Below, in pieces: positions 1 to 15,984 of a DNA stretch of 64,000 nucleotides; position 1 is the stretch's first letter, and each line of letters opens with the position of its first letter. Location: NCBI RefSeq assembly GCF_009914755.1, contig NC_060925.1. One strand, given 5' to 3'. The stretch comes from the human T2T-CHM13v2.0 reference genome, Homo sapiens. A model generated the notes under the pieces. The model did no database searches, was not told the DNA's origin, and was given only the letters and a program-made list of their open reading frames with translations. The position numbers were made by a program, and so were the translations under genes.

Positions 1-284
1 TTTTGGAGGCTGTGACATCCAAGATCAAGGAACCACATCTGGTGAGGATCTTCTTGCTGAGTCACAACATAGCAGAAGCCATCACATGACAAGGAAGCAT
101 GCAAGAGAGAGCAAGCCATTGAACTCACAGCCTCAAGTCCTTTTATAATTAGCATTAATCCATTCATGAGAGTGGAGCTCTTATGACTTAACCACCTCTC
201 ACTGGGCCCCACCTCCCAACACTGTTGCATTGGGGATTAAATTTCCAACACCTGCTTTCTGGAGGGTACATCCAAACCACAGCA
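1..284 (-). mobile_element. MaLR LTR fragment (MST/MLT1A group), truncated by window edge
   Basis: Motifs tccaagatcaagg, attaatccattcatgag and ccccacctcccaacactgttgcattgggg; ends aaaccacagca like a reverse-oriented MST terminus. Confidence 0.8.
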
Positions 285-370
285 GGAGTCATCTGGATAT
301 AGATGGTATTTTAGGTTATGAGAGTTGATAAGAAACCAAGTGAGAGTATAGACCACAGAAAACAAAGAGG
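285..370 (-). mobile_element. L2 fragment (left part of an L2 split by L1MA)
   Basis: ggagtcatctggatatagatggtatttta resembles the L2 consensus; the L2 resumes at about 17765. Confidence 0.6.
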
Positions 371-3095
371 TGGACACATGATGGGTCCACTTCCAGCAAC
401 TTTCTCCCCAGGATCAGAGGGTGCAGCCTGAATGTGAGTACAAAGATTCTCTTTCTGGCTTAGTACAGGAATAGTGGGAGATAAACATCTTTGCTCAACT
501 TCACCATGAAGATAGAAGGAACTGCAACACACATCCAACAAGCTAAGCTTTTCAGCTATGTCTAAAGAGTCTTGCTCCTACCATACTATTCATGAGGGTA
601 CTGACAGGACATAACACATTCTAAGCTCCAGTGGGCCACAAAAAGGAGACATAGCAGTCTGTTTTTGAGATTGGAGAAGGACCTTAAAATCTCTGGCAGG
701 ATACATTGTTGAGATCTTTCTCCTGTATGAGACCAGTCTGACGAGACTGGGAGAGGTGGTTGTCTTATCTGATGTACATAAATCACCACAGACAGTGAAG
801 GAAAATGAAGACATAGGAAAATATATTTAAAATAAAAGAACAAGGTCAATTTCTAGAAACTGATATGAGTGAAGTGGAGATATGTGATTTACCCAACAGA
901 GAATTCAAAATGATGGTCGTAAAGTTGCTAACCAAGGTCAGGAGAACAATGTAAGAACAAACTGAGAATGTCAATAAAAAGAAAGTTTAAAAACTACCAA
1001 ATATAAATTATAAAGCAAAAGAATAACATAACTAAACTAAAACATTCAATAGAGGGATTCAACAGCAGACTAGATAAACCAGAAGAAAGGATCAGTGTAC
1101 TCAAAGACAGATCTCCGGAAATCATACAATCTGAGAAGAAAAAATAAAAGAGAATGAAAAAGAATGGGGATAATTTGATACACTTATGGAACACCATCAC
1201 ATGTAACAACTTATGCATTATCAGTGTACAAGAAGGAGAAAAGAGAAAGATACAAAAAATATATATATAAAAAAATAATGGCAGAAAACTTCCCAAGCCT
1301 AGGGAATGAAATAGAAATCCAGATTTACAAAGCCCAAAGGATATTGAATAATAAGATGAACTAAAGAGACCCATGAAACACATCATAATCAAATTGTCCA
1401 ATGTTAAAGACAGAGAGAGTTCTGAAAGCCAACAAAGGAAAAACAAACTGTTACATACATGGGAACCACCATAAAGTTATAAGTAGATTTTTCAGCAGAA
1501 ACTCTGCAGACCAGAAGGGAGTGGAATGATATAGTCAAAATTCCAGTCAACGTGAGAAAGCCAATTTTTAAAATCCTGAAATAAAACAATTGTCAGCCAA
1601 GGATATTATACTCCACAACACTGTCTTTCATAAATGAAGAGGCGGTAAGGATTTTCTAAGACAAACAAAAGTAGTTTATCACCACTATACCTGCCTTATA
1701 AGAAATGCTAAAAGGAGTTCTTCAAGCTGAAGAAAAAAATGCTGATTAGTAACATGAAAACACATGAGAATATAAAATTCACTGGTAAAAGTAAATATAT
1801 TGTCAAATTCAAAACACTCTAATACTCTAACAATAAACCAATTATATATATAGTGTAAAGGTTAAAAGGCAAAATCACTATAACAACTAGAGCTACGATA
1901 ACTTCTTAAGAATAAATATTATTTTTAAAATGTAAATTTTGACATCAGCTCACATTTTATGTGGGAGGAGGGGGAGTAGAAGCGTAGAGTTTGTTGTATG
2001 ATTAAAGTGTTATTGGAAAAAATGGCTGATAGGAGACAGGACTAATGTGCAACTCCCATTTGGACAGACAGAACAGTGTGTGGAGACTCACATTGTGAAC
2101 TTTTGCTCCAAGAACCATTGCAGGAACATATCAGGAAAACTGAAAGAATTCACAGACCTTTTGAAAGAGGCAGCTTGCCGCTGCAAACTCCATGAGCCAG
2201 CCAAAGAACTATGAGTTTTCAAAGTGTAAGAAGGGGAAAAGTGCCTCTGAACACACATCCCCACTGGGGAACCTGAAAAGTCAGATCACAGGAGAAGGAT
2301 TTAAACTTACCTAAAGCAGAAACAGATATAGGGAGCTGAGTGAAATATAAAAGTAGAAGAGGCAGTGGGAAGAGCCCTATAGGCACTCTTGGTCCCCAAC
2401 TTGAGCCCAGGGAAGCTATTCCTGGCCTTATCTCACAAGGGTTCTTGGGGAAGGCAGCCAGTGGAATTGGGGAGGTGAAACAGAGTAAAGGAAGTTCCTA
2501 GCCAAACTTTGTAATAATTTTGAGCACAAATTTTCCTGAGTAGCATCCCGGGTGAGGGATGGTGAATGGGAGTGCAGAAGCTGCAGCTGAAGGTGCAGCA
2601 GGTGGGGAGGATCAAGGCCTGAGAGCCCTGCTGGTTTTCTCAGCAGGGAGGCTGGTAGCCTGGGGCAAGATCTCCATCTTGCTCCCAGCTGTCCGAATAT
2701 ACATTCAGTGCTGTTGGTAGGAAATAGAAGGAGTGAGACTGGCTTTGCTGGCTACATGGGAGCTGGGTGAGGCCTGTCACTGCCAGCTTTCCCCCACTTC
2801 CATGGTGACCAAATCATGGCAGCAGAGGTAGCCATAATCCCCCTGGGAACATAACTCCATTGGCCTTAGAACCACCCCATCATCCCCTACGGTGGCTGCA
2901 GCAAACCCCACCCAAGGATAGTCTGAACTCAGACCCACCTAACCGTGCCCCCACCTGATGGTTTTTCTCTACCTGCCGTGGTAGCCAAAGACAAAAACGT
3001 AAACTCTTGAAAGCTCTATGGCCCCACCTGCCACCTGAGAAACCCAAGTATTCATCCTGGTCAATGTAGGGCAAGCTTATATTCCCCTTCTACTA

Positions 3096-3432
<337 letters not shown>

Positions 3433-4915
3433 CAAGTGCCACCTCCTGGCTAGAGGCCAACCAACTCAAGCCATTACAGCAACTCGTAACAGAACAACCC
3501 TGCTCCAAAGAAGGGAAAAACAACAGCTAATTCCACCACCTGCAAGACGCTGGCTAACGAGAGGTCTGGAGTCTGTCCACATGACAACTTTACTGCTAGC
3601 ATAACCAGCATTTGAGAAAAGTAGCACACTAAACAAAACTATTACCAAGAACTCCCACAGAATCCACTTCACTCCCCTGCCACCTCCACTGGAGCAGGTG
3701 CTAGTATCCATGGCTGGGAGACCTGAAGACGGATCACATCACAGGACTCTGCAGACATCCCCAGTACCAGCCCACTGTAGCCGCATTGGGTGGCTAGACC
3801 CAGAAGGGCATTGATAAAAATCACTGCAGTCTGGCTCTCAGGAAGCCCCATCCCTAGGGAAGGGAGAGAGCACCACATCAAGGGATCACCCCATGGCACA
3901 AAAGAATCTGAACAGCAGCCCTTGAGTTCCAGATCTTTCCACTGAAACAGACTACCCAAATGAGAAGGAACCAAAAAATTCTGGTAATATGACAAAACAG
4001 GGTTCTATAATGCTCCCAGAAGATCACACTAGCTTTCTAGCAACGGATCCAAACCAAGAAGAAATCTCTGAATTGCCAGATAAAGAGTTCAGAACATTAT
4101 TAAGCTACTCAGGGAAGTACCAGAGAAAGGTGAATAACAACTTAAAAAAATTAAAAAAAAAAAAAAAGGATATAGAGGAAAAAGTCCCTAGAGAAAGAGA
4201 TAGCATAAACTAAAAAAAATCACAACTTTTGGAAATGAAAGACACACTCAGAGAAATGCAAAATACACTGGAATAATTCAATAATAGCATCAAACAAGTA
4301 GAAGAAAGAACTTCAGAGCTCGAAGACAAGGCTTTCGAATTAACCCAATTCAACAAAGACAAAGAAAAAAGAATTTAAAAAAATGAACAAAGATGCCAAG
4401 ACATTTGGGATTATGTTAAATGACCAAATCTAAGAATAATTGGTGTTTCTGAGAAAGAGAAATCTAAAAGTTTGAAAAAATGTATTTGAGGGAATAATAG
4501 AGGCAAACTTCCTTGGTCTTGCTAGAGATAAAGAAATCCAAATACAAGAAGCTCAAAGAACACCCGGGAATTCATTGCAAAAAGATCATCAACTAGGCAC
4601 ACAGTCATCAGGTTATCTAAACTTAAGATGAAGGAAAGGATCTTAAAAGCTATGAGGCAAAAGCATCAGATAACCTACAAAGGAAAACCTATCAGATTAA
4701 CAGAAGATTTCTCAGTAGAAACCCTGCCAACCAGAAGGAATTAGGGTCCTATCTTTAGCCTCCTTAGGCAAAATAATTATCAATCAAAATTTTGTATCAT
4801 GGAAACAAAGTTTCATAAATGAAGGAGAGATAAAATATTTTTCACACAAATAAATGCTAAGATAATTCACTACTAGCAAACCAGCACTAAAATGTGAAAA
4901 GGAGTTCTAAATCCT

Positions 4916-5207
4916 GTTTTTTTTTTGGAGACGGAGTCTTGCTCTGTCACCCAGGCTGGCGTGCAGTGGGGTGATCTCGGCTCACTGCAACCTCCGCCTC
5001 CTGGGTTCAAGTGATTCTCCTGTCTCAGCCTCCTGAGTAGCTAGGACCACAGGTGCGTGCCACCACGCCTGGCTAATTTTTTGTATTTTTAGTAGAGACG
5101 GGGTTTCACCTGTTAGCCAGAATGGTCTCGATCTCCTGACCTCATGATCCACCTGCTTCAGCCTCCCAAAGTGCTGGGATTAGAGATGTGAGCCACTGTG
5201 CCCAGCT
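4916..5207 (-). mobile_element. AluS (Sc-like)
   Basis: Full Alu; TSD ggagttctaaatc at 4901 and 5208. Confidence 0.95.
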
Positions 5208-5306
5208 GGAGTTCTAAATCTTAAAACAAAACCTCAAAATACACCAAAATAGAACCTCCTTAAAGCATAAATCTAACAGGGCTTGTAAAACAATAACACA
5301 GGCTAG

Positions 5307-5607
<301 letters not shown>

Positions 5608-5613
5608 AACACA

Positions 5614-5910
5614 GTCTGGGTGTGGTGGCTCATGCCTATAATCCCAGCACTTTGAGAGGCAAAGGTGGATAGATGGCTTGAAGCCAGGAGTTCAAGACCA
5701 GCCTGGCCAACATGATAAAACCCTGTCTCTACTAAAAATACAAAAATTAGCCAGATGTGGTGGTGCATGCCTCTAGTCCCAGCTACACTGGAGGCTGAGG
5801 CACAAGAATTACTTGAACCCAAAAGGCGGAGGCTGCACTGAGCTGAGATCGTGCCACTGCGCTCCAGCCTTGGTGACAAAGCAAGACTCTGTCTCTAAAT
5901 AAACAAATAA
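5614..5910 (+). mobile_element. AluS/J, in tandem with the preceding Alu
   Basis: Full Alu flanked by aataacaca. Confidence 0.95.
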
Positions 5911-8900
5911 ATAACACAAAGAAAAAAAACAACAACAAGGTATTCAGGCAACAACCAGCATGATGAATAGAATAGTACCTCACATCTCAATACTAATATT
6001 GAATGTAGATGGCCTAAATGCTCCACTTAAAAGATACAGAATGGCAGAATGGATACAAATCCACCAACCAAGTACCTGCTGTCTTCTAGAGACTCACCTA
6101 CCACATAAGGACTCACATAAACTTAAGGTAAAGTGTGGGAAAAAGATACTCCATGTAAATAGAACCCAAAGTTAGCAGGAGTAGCTATTCTTATATGAGA
6201 CAAAACAGACTTTAAAGCAATAACTGTTAAAAAAAATACAAAGAGAGACATTATATAATGATGAAAGGCTTTGTCCAATAGGAAAATACCACAATCCTAA
6301 ATATATATGCACCTAACACTAGAGCTCCCAAATTTGTAAAACAATTATTACTAGACCTAAGAAATGAGATAGACAGCAACACAATAATAGTGGGGGACTT
6401 TAATACTCTGCTGACAGCACTAGACAGGTCATTAAGACAGAAAGTCAACAAAGAAACAATGGACTTAAATCATACCTTAGAACAAATGGTCCTAACAGAT
6501 ATTTACAGAACATTCTACCTAACAATTGTAGAACATACATTCTTTTCATCAGCATATGTAACCTTCTGCAAGACAGATGATATACTAGGCCTTAAAACAA
6601 GTCTCAGTAAATTCAAGAATATCAAAATTACATCAAGTACTCTCTCAGACCACAGTGAAATAAAATTGGAAATTAACTCCAAAAGGGAACCACAGAACTA
6701 TGCAAATGCATGGACACTAAATAATTTGCTCCTGAATGATCTTTGGGTCAACAATGAAATCAAGATGAAAATTTAAAAATTCTGTGAACCAAATGATAAT
6801 AGTGACACAACCTATCAAAACTTCTGAGACACAGCAAAAGTGGTGCTAAGAGGAAGGTTCATAGTATTAAATGCCTAGATCAAAAAGTCTTAAAGAGCAC
6901 AAACAGACAATCTCAGGTCAAACCTCAAGGAACTAGAGAAACAAGAACAAATCAAACCCAAATCCAGCAGAAGAAAAGAAATAACAAACATCAGAGCAAA
7001 ACTAAATGAAATGAAAACAGAAAAACAATACAAAAGATACATGAAACAAAAAGGTGGTTTGAAATGATAAACAAAATCAATACACAACTAGCTAGATTAA
7101 CCAGGAAAAGAGAGAAGATCCAGATAAGCTTAATTAGAAATAAAATGGGAGTTATTATAACTGATACCACAGAAACAAAAAAGATCATTCAAGGCTACAA
7201 TGTACACCTTTATGCACACGCACTAGAAAACATAGAGGAGATAGATAAATTCTTGGAAATATACAACCCTCCTAGATTAAACCAGGAAGAAATAGAAACT
7301 CTGAACAGACCAATAACAAGTAGTGAGATTGAAATAGTAATAAAAAAATAATTCCCAACAAAACAAAGTCTAAGACCAGGCATATTTACAGCTGAATTCT
7401 ATAAGACATTCAAAGAAGAATTAGGACCAATCTTACTGAAACTATTCCAAAAAATAGCGAAAGAGGGGATTCTCCCTAAATCATTCTATGAAGCCAGTAT
7501 CACCCTAATACCAAAATCAGGAAAGGACATAACCAAAAAAGAAAACTACAGACCAATATCCCTGATGAACGTGGATACAAAAATCCTCAACAAAATACTG
7601 GCTAACCAAATCCAACAGCATATCAAAAACATAATCCACCATGATCAAGTAGGTTTGATACAGGGATGCAGGGTTGGTTTAACATACACAAGTCAATAAA
7701 TGTGATACACTACATGAAAAGAATTAAAAACAAAAATCACATGATCATGTCAATAGATGCATAAAAAGCATTTGACAAAATCCAGCATCCCTTTATGATT
7801 AAAACCCTCAGCAAAATCAGCATAGAAGGGACATACCTTAAGGTAATAAAAACCATCTATGACAAACCCACAGCCAACATTATACTGAATAGGGAAAAGT
7901 TGAAAGCATTCCCCCTGAGAACTGGAACAAGACAAGGATGCCCACTTTTGCCACTTCTGTTCAACACAGTACTGGAAGTCCTAGCCAGAGCAATCAGACA
8001 AAAGAGAGAAAGAGCATCCAAATCGGTAAAAAGTAAGTCAAACGGTTGCTGTTTGGTGTTGCTATCATTGTATACCTAGCAAACCCTAGACTCATCCAAA
8101 AAAATCTCCTAGATCTGATAAATAAATTCAGTAGTTTCAGGATACAAAATCAATGTACACAAATCAGTAGCACTGCTATACACCAACAGTGACCAAGTGG
8201 AGAATCAAATAAAAAACTCAACTCCTTTTACAACAGTTGCAAAAAAATTAAAATACTTAGGAATATACCTAAACAAGGAGGTGAAAGATCTCTACAAAGA
8301 AAACTACAAAACACTGCTGAAAGAAATCATGGACAATGCAAACAAATGGAAACACATCTCATACTCATAGATGGGTAGAATTAATATTGTCAAAATGACC
8401 ATACTGCCAAAAGCAATCTATAGATTCATTGCAATTCCCATTAAAATAAAATTACCATTCTTCACAAAACTAGAAAAAAATCCTAAAATTTATATGGAAC
8501 AAAAAAAGAGCCTGCATAGCCAAAGCAAGACTAAGCAAAAAGAAAAAATCTGGAGGCATCACACTACCCAACTTCAAACTACACTACAAGCCTATAGTTA
8601 CCAAAACAGCATGGTACTGGTATAAAAACAGGCACATAGACAATTGGAACAGAATAGAGAAACCAGAAATAAAGCCAAATACTTACAGCCAACTGTTCTT
8701 TGACAAAGCAAACAAAAAGAAAGGACACCCTCTTCAACAAATGGTGCTGGGATAATTGGCAAGCCCTATGTAGAAAATGAAACTGGATCCTCTTCTCTCA
8801 CCTTATACAAAAATCAACTCAAGATGGATCAAAGACTTAAATCTTTTATGGCCTGAAACCATAAAAAAATCTAGAAGATAACATTGGAAGAACTCTTCTA

Positions 8901-9605
8901 GACATTGGCTTAGGCAAAGAGTTCATGACCAGGAACCCAAAAGCAAATGCAACAAGGATAAATAGATGGGACTTAATTAAACTAAAAAGCTTCTGTACAG
9001 CAAAAGAAATAATCAGCAGATTAAACAGACAACCCACAGAGTGGGAGAAAATCTTCACAATCTATACATCCGACAAAGAACTAATATCCAGAATCTGCAA
9101 GGAACTCAAACAAATCAGCAAGAATAAAACAAAACAATCCAATAAAGAAGTGGGCTACGGACAAGAATAGACAATTCTCAAAAGAAGATATACAAATGGT
9201 CAATAAACATATGAAAAAATGCTCAACATCACTAATTATAATGGAAATGCAAATCAAAACCACAATGCAATACCACTTTACTCTGCAAGAATGGTCATAA
9301 TTAAAATATCAAAAAATAATAGATGTTGGTGTAGATGTGGTAAAAAGGGAACACTTTTACACTGCTGGTGGGAATTTAAACTAGCACAACCACTATGGAA
9401 AAGAGTATGAAGATTTCTTAAAGAACGAAAAGTAGAACTACCATTTGATCCAGCAATCCCACTACTGGGTATCTACCCAGAGGAAAGGAAGTCATTATAT
9501 GAAAAAGACACTTGCATATGCATGTTTATAGCAGCACAATTCACAACTGCAAAAATATGGAACCAGCCTAAGTACCCATCAATCAACAAGTGGATAAAGA
9601 AAATG

Positions 9606-9607
<2 letters not shown>

Positions 9608-9640
<33 letters not shown>
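9608..9640. repeat. (TG)n microsatellite, about 16 units
   Basis: Pure TG run where the L1PB 3' end is truncated. Confidence 0.95.
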
Positions 9641-9644
<4 letters not shown>

Positions 9645-9968
9645 GTTGAAAGCATAAAGCATTCCCCTTGAGAACTGGAACAAGACAAGGATGTCCACTT
9701 TTGCCACTTCTATTCAACATAGTACTGGAAGTCCTAGCCAGAGCATTCCCCCATATAAGTCATAGAGTGGCTCAATGGAAAAAAAGGCTCAACTACACGC
9801 TGCCTACAAGAGATTCATTTTACCTTAAAGGACACCCATAAACTGCATGTGAAGGATTTAAAAAAAAAAAAGATATTCCATGAAAATGAAAACAAAAAGA
9901 GAGCAAAGGTAGCTATATTTCAGTCTAAATATATTTTAGGCCAAAAATGGTAAAAAGAGACAAAGAAG

Positions 9969-10271
<303 letters not shown>

Positions 10272-10749
10272 TTATATAGTGATAAATGGGTCAATTCATC
10301 AAGAGGATACAAAAATTATAATATATATGTGCACCTAACATCAGAACACCTAAATATATAAAGCAAACATTAAGAGAATGAAAGGGAGATATAGACTGCA
10401 AAACAAACACAGTAGGGGATTTTAATATCTCACTTTCAATAATGGACAGATCACCCAGACAGACAATCAATAAGAAAACATTGGCCTTCAACTACACTTT
10501 AGACCAAATGGACCTGACAGGCATATACAGAATATTCCACACAACAGCAAAAGAGAAAACAGTTTTTTTCAAGTGCACACAGAACATTCTCTGGGGTAGA
10601 TCATATGTTAGGTCACAAAACAAATCTTAACACATCTAAGAACATCTAAATTATATCAAGTATCTTTTCTGACTGTAATGATACGAAACTAGAAATCAGT
10701 AATAGGAGGAATCAGAAAAAATGAACAAGTGTATGAAAATTAAATATGG

Positions 10750-12246
10750 CTCTCCCTCTCCCTCTCCCCCTCCCCCTCCCCCTCCCCCTCCCTCTCCCAC
10801 TTTCCACGGTCTCCCTCTGATGCGGAGCCGAGGCTGGACTGTACTGCCGCCATCTCGGCTCACTGCAACCTCCCTGCCTGATTCTCCTGCCTCAGCCTGC
10901 CGAGTGCCTGGGATTGCAGGTGCGCACCGCCACGCCTGACTAGTTTTTGTATTTTTTGGTGGAGACGGGGTCTCGCCGTGTTGGCCAGGCTGGTCTCCAC
11001 CTCCTGACCGCGAGTGATCTTCCCGCCTCGGCCTCCTGAGGTGCCGGGATTGCAGACGGAGTCTCGCTCACTCAGTGCTCAATGTTGCCCAGGCTGGAGT
11101 GCAGTGGCGTGATCTCCGCTCGCTACAACCTCCACCTCCCAGCCGCCTGCCTTGGCCTCCCAAAGTGCCGAAATTGCAGCCTCTGCCCGGCCGCCACCCC
11201 GTCTGGGAAGTGAGGAGCGTCTCTGCCTGGCCGCCCATCGTCTGGGATGTGAGGAGCCCCTCTGCCCAGCCACCCAGTCTGGGAAGTGAGGAGCGCCTCT
11301 TCCCGGCTGCCATCCCGTCTAGGAAGTGAGGAGCGTCTCTGCTGGCCGCCCATTGTCTGAGATGTGGGGAGCACCTCTGCCCCGCCGCCCTGTCTGGGAT
11401 GTGAGGCGCGCCTCTGCCCGGCCATGACCCCGTCTGGGAACTGAGGAGTGTCTCTGCCCGACCGCCACCCCGTATGGGAGGTGAGGAGCGTCTCTGCCTG
11501 GCTGCCCCGTCTGAGAAGTGAGGAGCCCCACCGCCCGGCAGCCGCCCCGTCTGGGAAGTGAGGAGCATCTCTGCCCAGCAGCCGCCCCGTCCAGGAGGTG
11601 GGGGGCGCCTCCGCCCGGCCAGCCGCCCCGTCTGGGAGGTCTGGGGGCCCCTCTGCCCGGCCGCCCCGTCTGGGAAGTGAGAAGCCCCTCTGCCCAGCTG
11701 CCACCCCGTCTGGGAGGTGTACCCAACAGCTCATTGAGAACGGGCCATGATGACGATGGCGGTTTTGTCGAATAGAAAAGGGGGAAATGTGGGGAAAAGA
11801 AAGAGAGATCAGATTGTTACTGTGTCTGTGTAGAAAGAAGTAGACACAGGAGACTCCATTTTGTTCTGTACTAAGAAAAATTCTTCTGCCTTGGGATGCT
11901 GTTAATCTGTGACCTTACCCCCAACCCCGTGCTCTCTGAAACATGTGCTGTGTCCACTCAGGGTTAAATGGATTAAGGGCGGTGCAAGATGTGCTTTGTG
12001 AAACAGATGCTTGAAGGCAGCATGCTCGTTAAGAGTCATCACCACTCCCTAATCTCAAGTACCCAGGGACACAAACACTGCGGAAGGCCGCAGGGTCCTC
12101 TGCCTAGGAAAACCAGAGACCCTTGTTCACATGTTTATCTGCTGACCTTCCCTCCACTGTTGTCCTATGACCCTGCCAAATCCCCCTCTCCGAGAAACAC
12201 CCAAGAATGATCAATAAATACTAAAAAAAAAAAAAAAAAAAAAAAA
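10750..12246 (+). mobile_element. Full-length SVA retrotransposon (SVA_B/C-like)
   Basis: CCCTCT/CCCCCT hexamer head about 10750-10800; antisense Alu-like domain to about 11180; GC-rich VNTR about 11180-11716; SINE-R from gtgtacccaacagctc; AATAAA 12213-12218; poly(A) 12223-12246; TSD gaaaattaaa at 10735 and 12247. Confidence 0.97.
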
Positions 12247-12820
12247 GAAAATTAAACAATATGCTCTTGAATGACTGTTAGGAAGTAAAAAAAATCACAA
12301 GACAAATGAAAATGGAAATACAACATACCAAAACTTATGGGGTGTGGTAAAAGCAGTTCTAAGAGGGATGTTTATAACAATAAATGCATATATGGAAAAA
12401 GAATAAAGATAGCAAGTAAACAACCTAATATTATACTTCCAGGAATTAGAAAAATAACTAACTAAGCCAAAAGTTAGCAGAAGGAGGGAAATAAGAAAGA
12501 TCAGAGCAGAAATAAATGAAGTATAGACTGAGAAAACAATAGAAAAAAAAATCAACAAAACTAAGGGCTCACTTTTTGAAATCCTAATAAAACTGACAAA
12601 TCCTTAGCTAGATTAACCAAGAAAAAAGAAGAATGATTCAAATAAACAAAATCGGAAATAAAAGAGGAGGCATTAGAACTGTTAACATAGAAATATAAAG
12701 GTTCATAAGAGACTACTGTGAACAACTATATGCCAACAAAATGGACAGTCTAAAAGAATGTATAAACTCCTGGAAACATAAAACCTACCTAGATCGAATC
12801 ATGAAGAAATTGGAAATCTG

Positions 12821-13115
12821 GGCCAGGCGCTGTGGCTCACACCTGTAATCCCAGCACTTTGGGAAGTCGAGGTGGGCAGATCACTTGAGGTCAGGAGTTC
12901 GAGACCAGCCTGGCCAACATGGTGAAACCCTGTCTCTACTAAAAACACAAAAATTAGCTAGGCATGGTGGCATGCACCTCTAGTCCTAGCTACTCAAAAG
13001 GCTGCAGCAGGAGAATCGCTTGAACCTGGGAGGCGGAGGTTGCAGTGATCCGAGATCACACCACTGTACTCCAGCCTGAATGACAGAGCGAGACTCCATC
13101 TCAAAAAAAAAAAAA
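12821..13115 (+). mobile_element. AluSz/Sx
   Basis: Full Alu; TSD aagaaattggaaatctg. Confidence 0.95.
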
Positions 13116-13592
13116 AGAAATTGGAAATCTGAACAAACCAATGAGTAAGGAGATAGAATTAGTAATTAAAAGTCTCCCATTAAAGAAAAACCCATGACGG
13201 GATAGCTTCAAGGCTGAATTCTACCAGGCATTTAAAGAAGAATAGCAATTCTTCTCAAATTCTTCCAGAGAGCTGAAGAGTAAGGAATACTTCCAAATTC
13301 ATTTTATGAGGCCAGCTTTAACCTAATGCCAAAGCCAGACAAAGAGACTATGAGAAAATAAAACTACAGGCCAATATCACTGATAAACATAGATAGAAAA
13401 ATTATCAACAACATAACAGCAAACCATATTCCCCAGTACACTGAAAAGATCATTCACAATGATCAAGGGGGATTTATCCCTGGCATTCAGGTTTGGTTCA
13501 ACAAATGCAAATCAATAAAAGTGATTCACCATATTAACAGAATGAAGGATAAAAACCATATGACAATCTCAATAGATGCAGAAAAAGCATCT

Positions 13593-13878
13593 GGTCAGGC
13601 ATGGTGGCTCATACCTGTAATCCCAAAACATTGGAAGACCAAGGTGGGAGGAGCACTTGAGCCCAGGTGTTCTAGACCAGCCTAAGCAACGTGGTGAGAC
13701 CCTGTCTGTACAAAAAATAAAAAAGTTAGTAGGGCATAGTGGCACATGCTTGTAGTCCCGTTTGAGAGGCTGTGGTGGGAGGACTGCTTGAGCCTGGGAG
13801 GTCAAGGCTATAATGAGCTGTGATCATGCCAATGCACTCCAACCTGGTTGACAGAGTGAGACCCTGTCTCAAAAAAAA
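13593..13878 (+). mobile_element. AluJ
   Basis: J-type cttgagcccagg and gaggtcaaggct; TSD agaaaaagcatct. Confidence 0.92.
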
Positions 13879-14403
13879 AGAAAAAGCATCTGACAAAATT
13901 CAACATCCTTTTGTCATAAAAATTCTCAACAAATTAGGTACAGAAGAAATGGCCCTCAGTAAAATAGAGGCCATATATAACAAGCCACATGTGACAAGCC
14001 CGCAGCTAACATAATACTCATTGGTGAAAAATTGTAAGTCTTTCCTCTAATATCAGGAACCAGAAAAGCATGCTCACTCTCACCACTTCTGTTCAACATA
14101 TTATTGGAAGTCCTAGCCAGAGCAACTAGGCAAGAAAAATAAAAGAGATCAAAATAGGAAAGGAAGCAAAAAAAAAAAAAAAAAGAAGGAAGCAAAATTA
14201 TGTCTGTTTGCTGCAACAACAATCCTATATATAGAAAATCCTAGATGCCACAAAAAAACTGAGACTAATAAAAAAAATGTAATAAGTTTGCAAGATTCAA
14301 AATCAACTTACAAAAAGCAACAGTGTTTCTATGTACTTACAACGAACTGAAAAAGAAACTAAGAAAACATTCCTATTTACAAGAGCATCAAAAATTAACA
14401 TAA

Positions 14404-14706
14404 GGCCAGGCATGGTGGCTCATGCCTGTAATCCCAGCCCTTTAGGAGACTGAGGTAGGCAGATCACTTGAGGTCAGGAGTTTGAGACCAGCCTGGTGAA
14501 CATGGCAAATTCCTAATCTTTATTAAAAATACAAAAATTAGCTGGGCCTGGTGGCATGTGTCTATAGTCCCAGCTACTCAGGAGGCTGAGACATGAGAAT
14601 TGCCTGAACCCAGGAGGCAGAGGTTGCAGTGAGCCAAGATTTGAGTCACTACACTCCAGCCTGGGTGACAGAGTGAGACTCTGTCTCAAACAAACAAACA
14701 AAAAAA
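14404..14706 (+). mobile_element. AluS (Sz-like)
   Basis: Full Alu with (CAAA)n tail. Confidence 0.93.
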
Positions 14707-14737
14707 CCATTAAAATTAAATACTTAAGAGTAAACTG

Positions 14738-15136
<399 letters not shown>

Positions 15137-15418
15137 CTATGTTCATGAATTGGAAGAATTAATTTTGTGAAAATGTCCATACTACCCAAAGTGATCTACA
15201 GATTCAATGCAATCTCTGTCAAAATTCCAATGTCATTCTTCACAGAAATAGAAAAAATATTCCTAAAATGCATATGGACTCACAAAAGACTCTGAATAGT
15301 CAAAGCAATCTTGACCAAAAAGAACAAAGCTGAAGGCATCACACTACTGGATTTCAAAATATATTACAAAGCTATAGTAATCAAAACAGCATGGTACTGG
15401 TATGAAAACAGACACATA

Positions 15419-15931
<513 letters not shown>

Positions 15932-15984
15932 TTATCCTTTATACAAGAACCAACTCAAAATGGATTAAAGACTTAAAAATAAGA

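Noticed and set aside
11068-11775. Long overlapping GC-rich ORFs (166-203 aa) and a spaced repeat array superficially like CRISPR
   Set aside because: They lie in the SVA VNTR; the units are degenerate tandem repeats without unique spacers, and stop-poor GC repeats give ORFs in every frame
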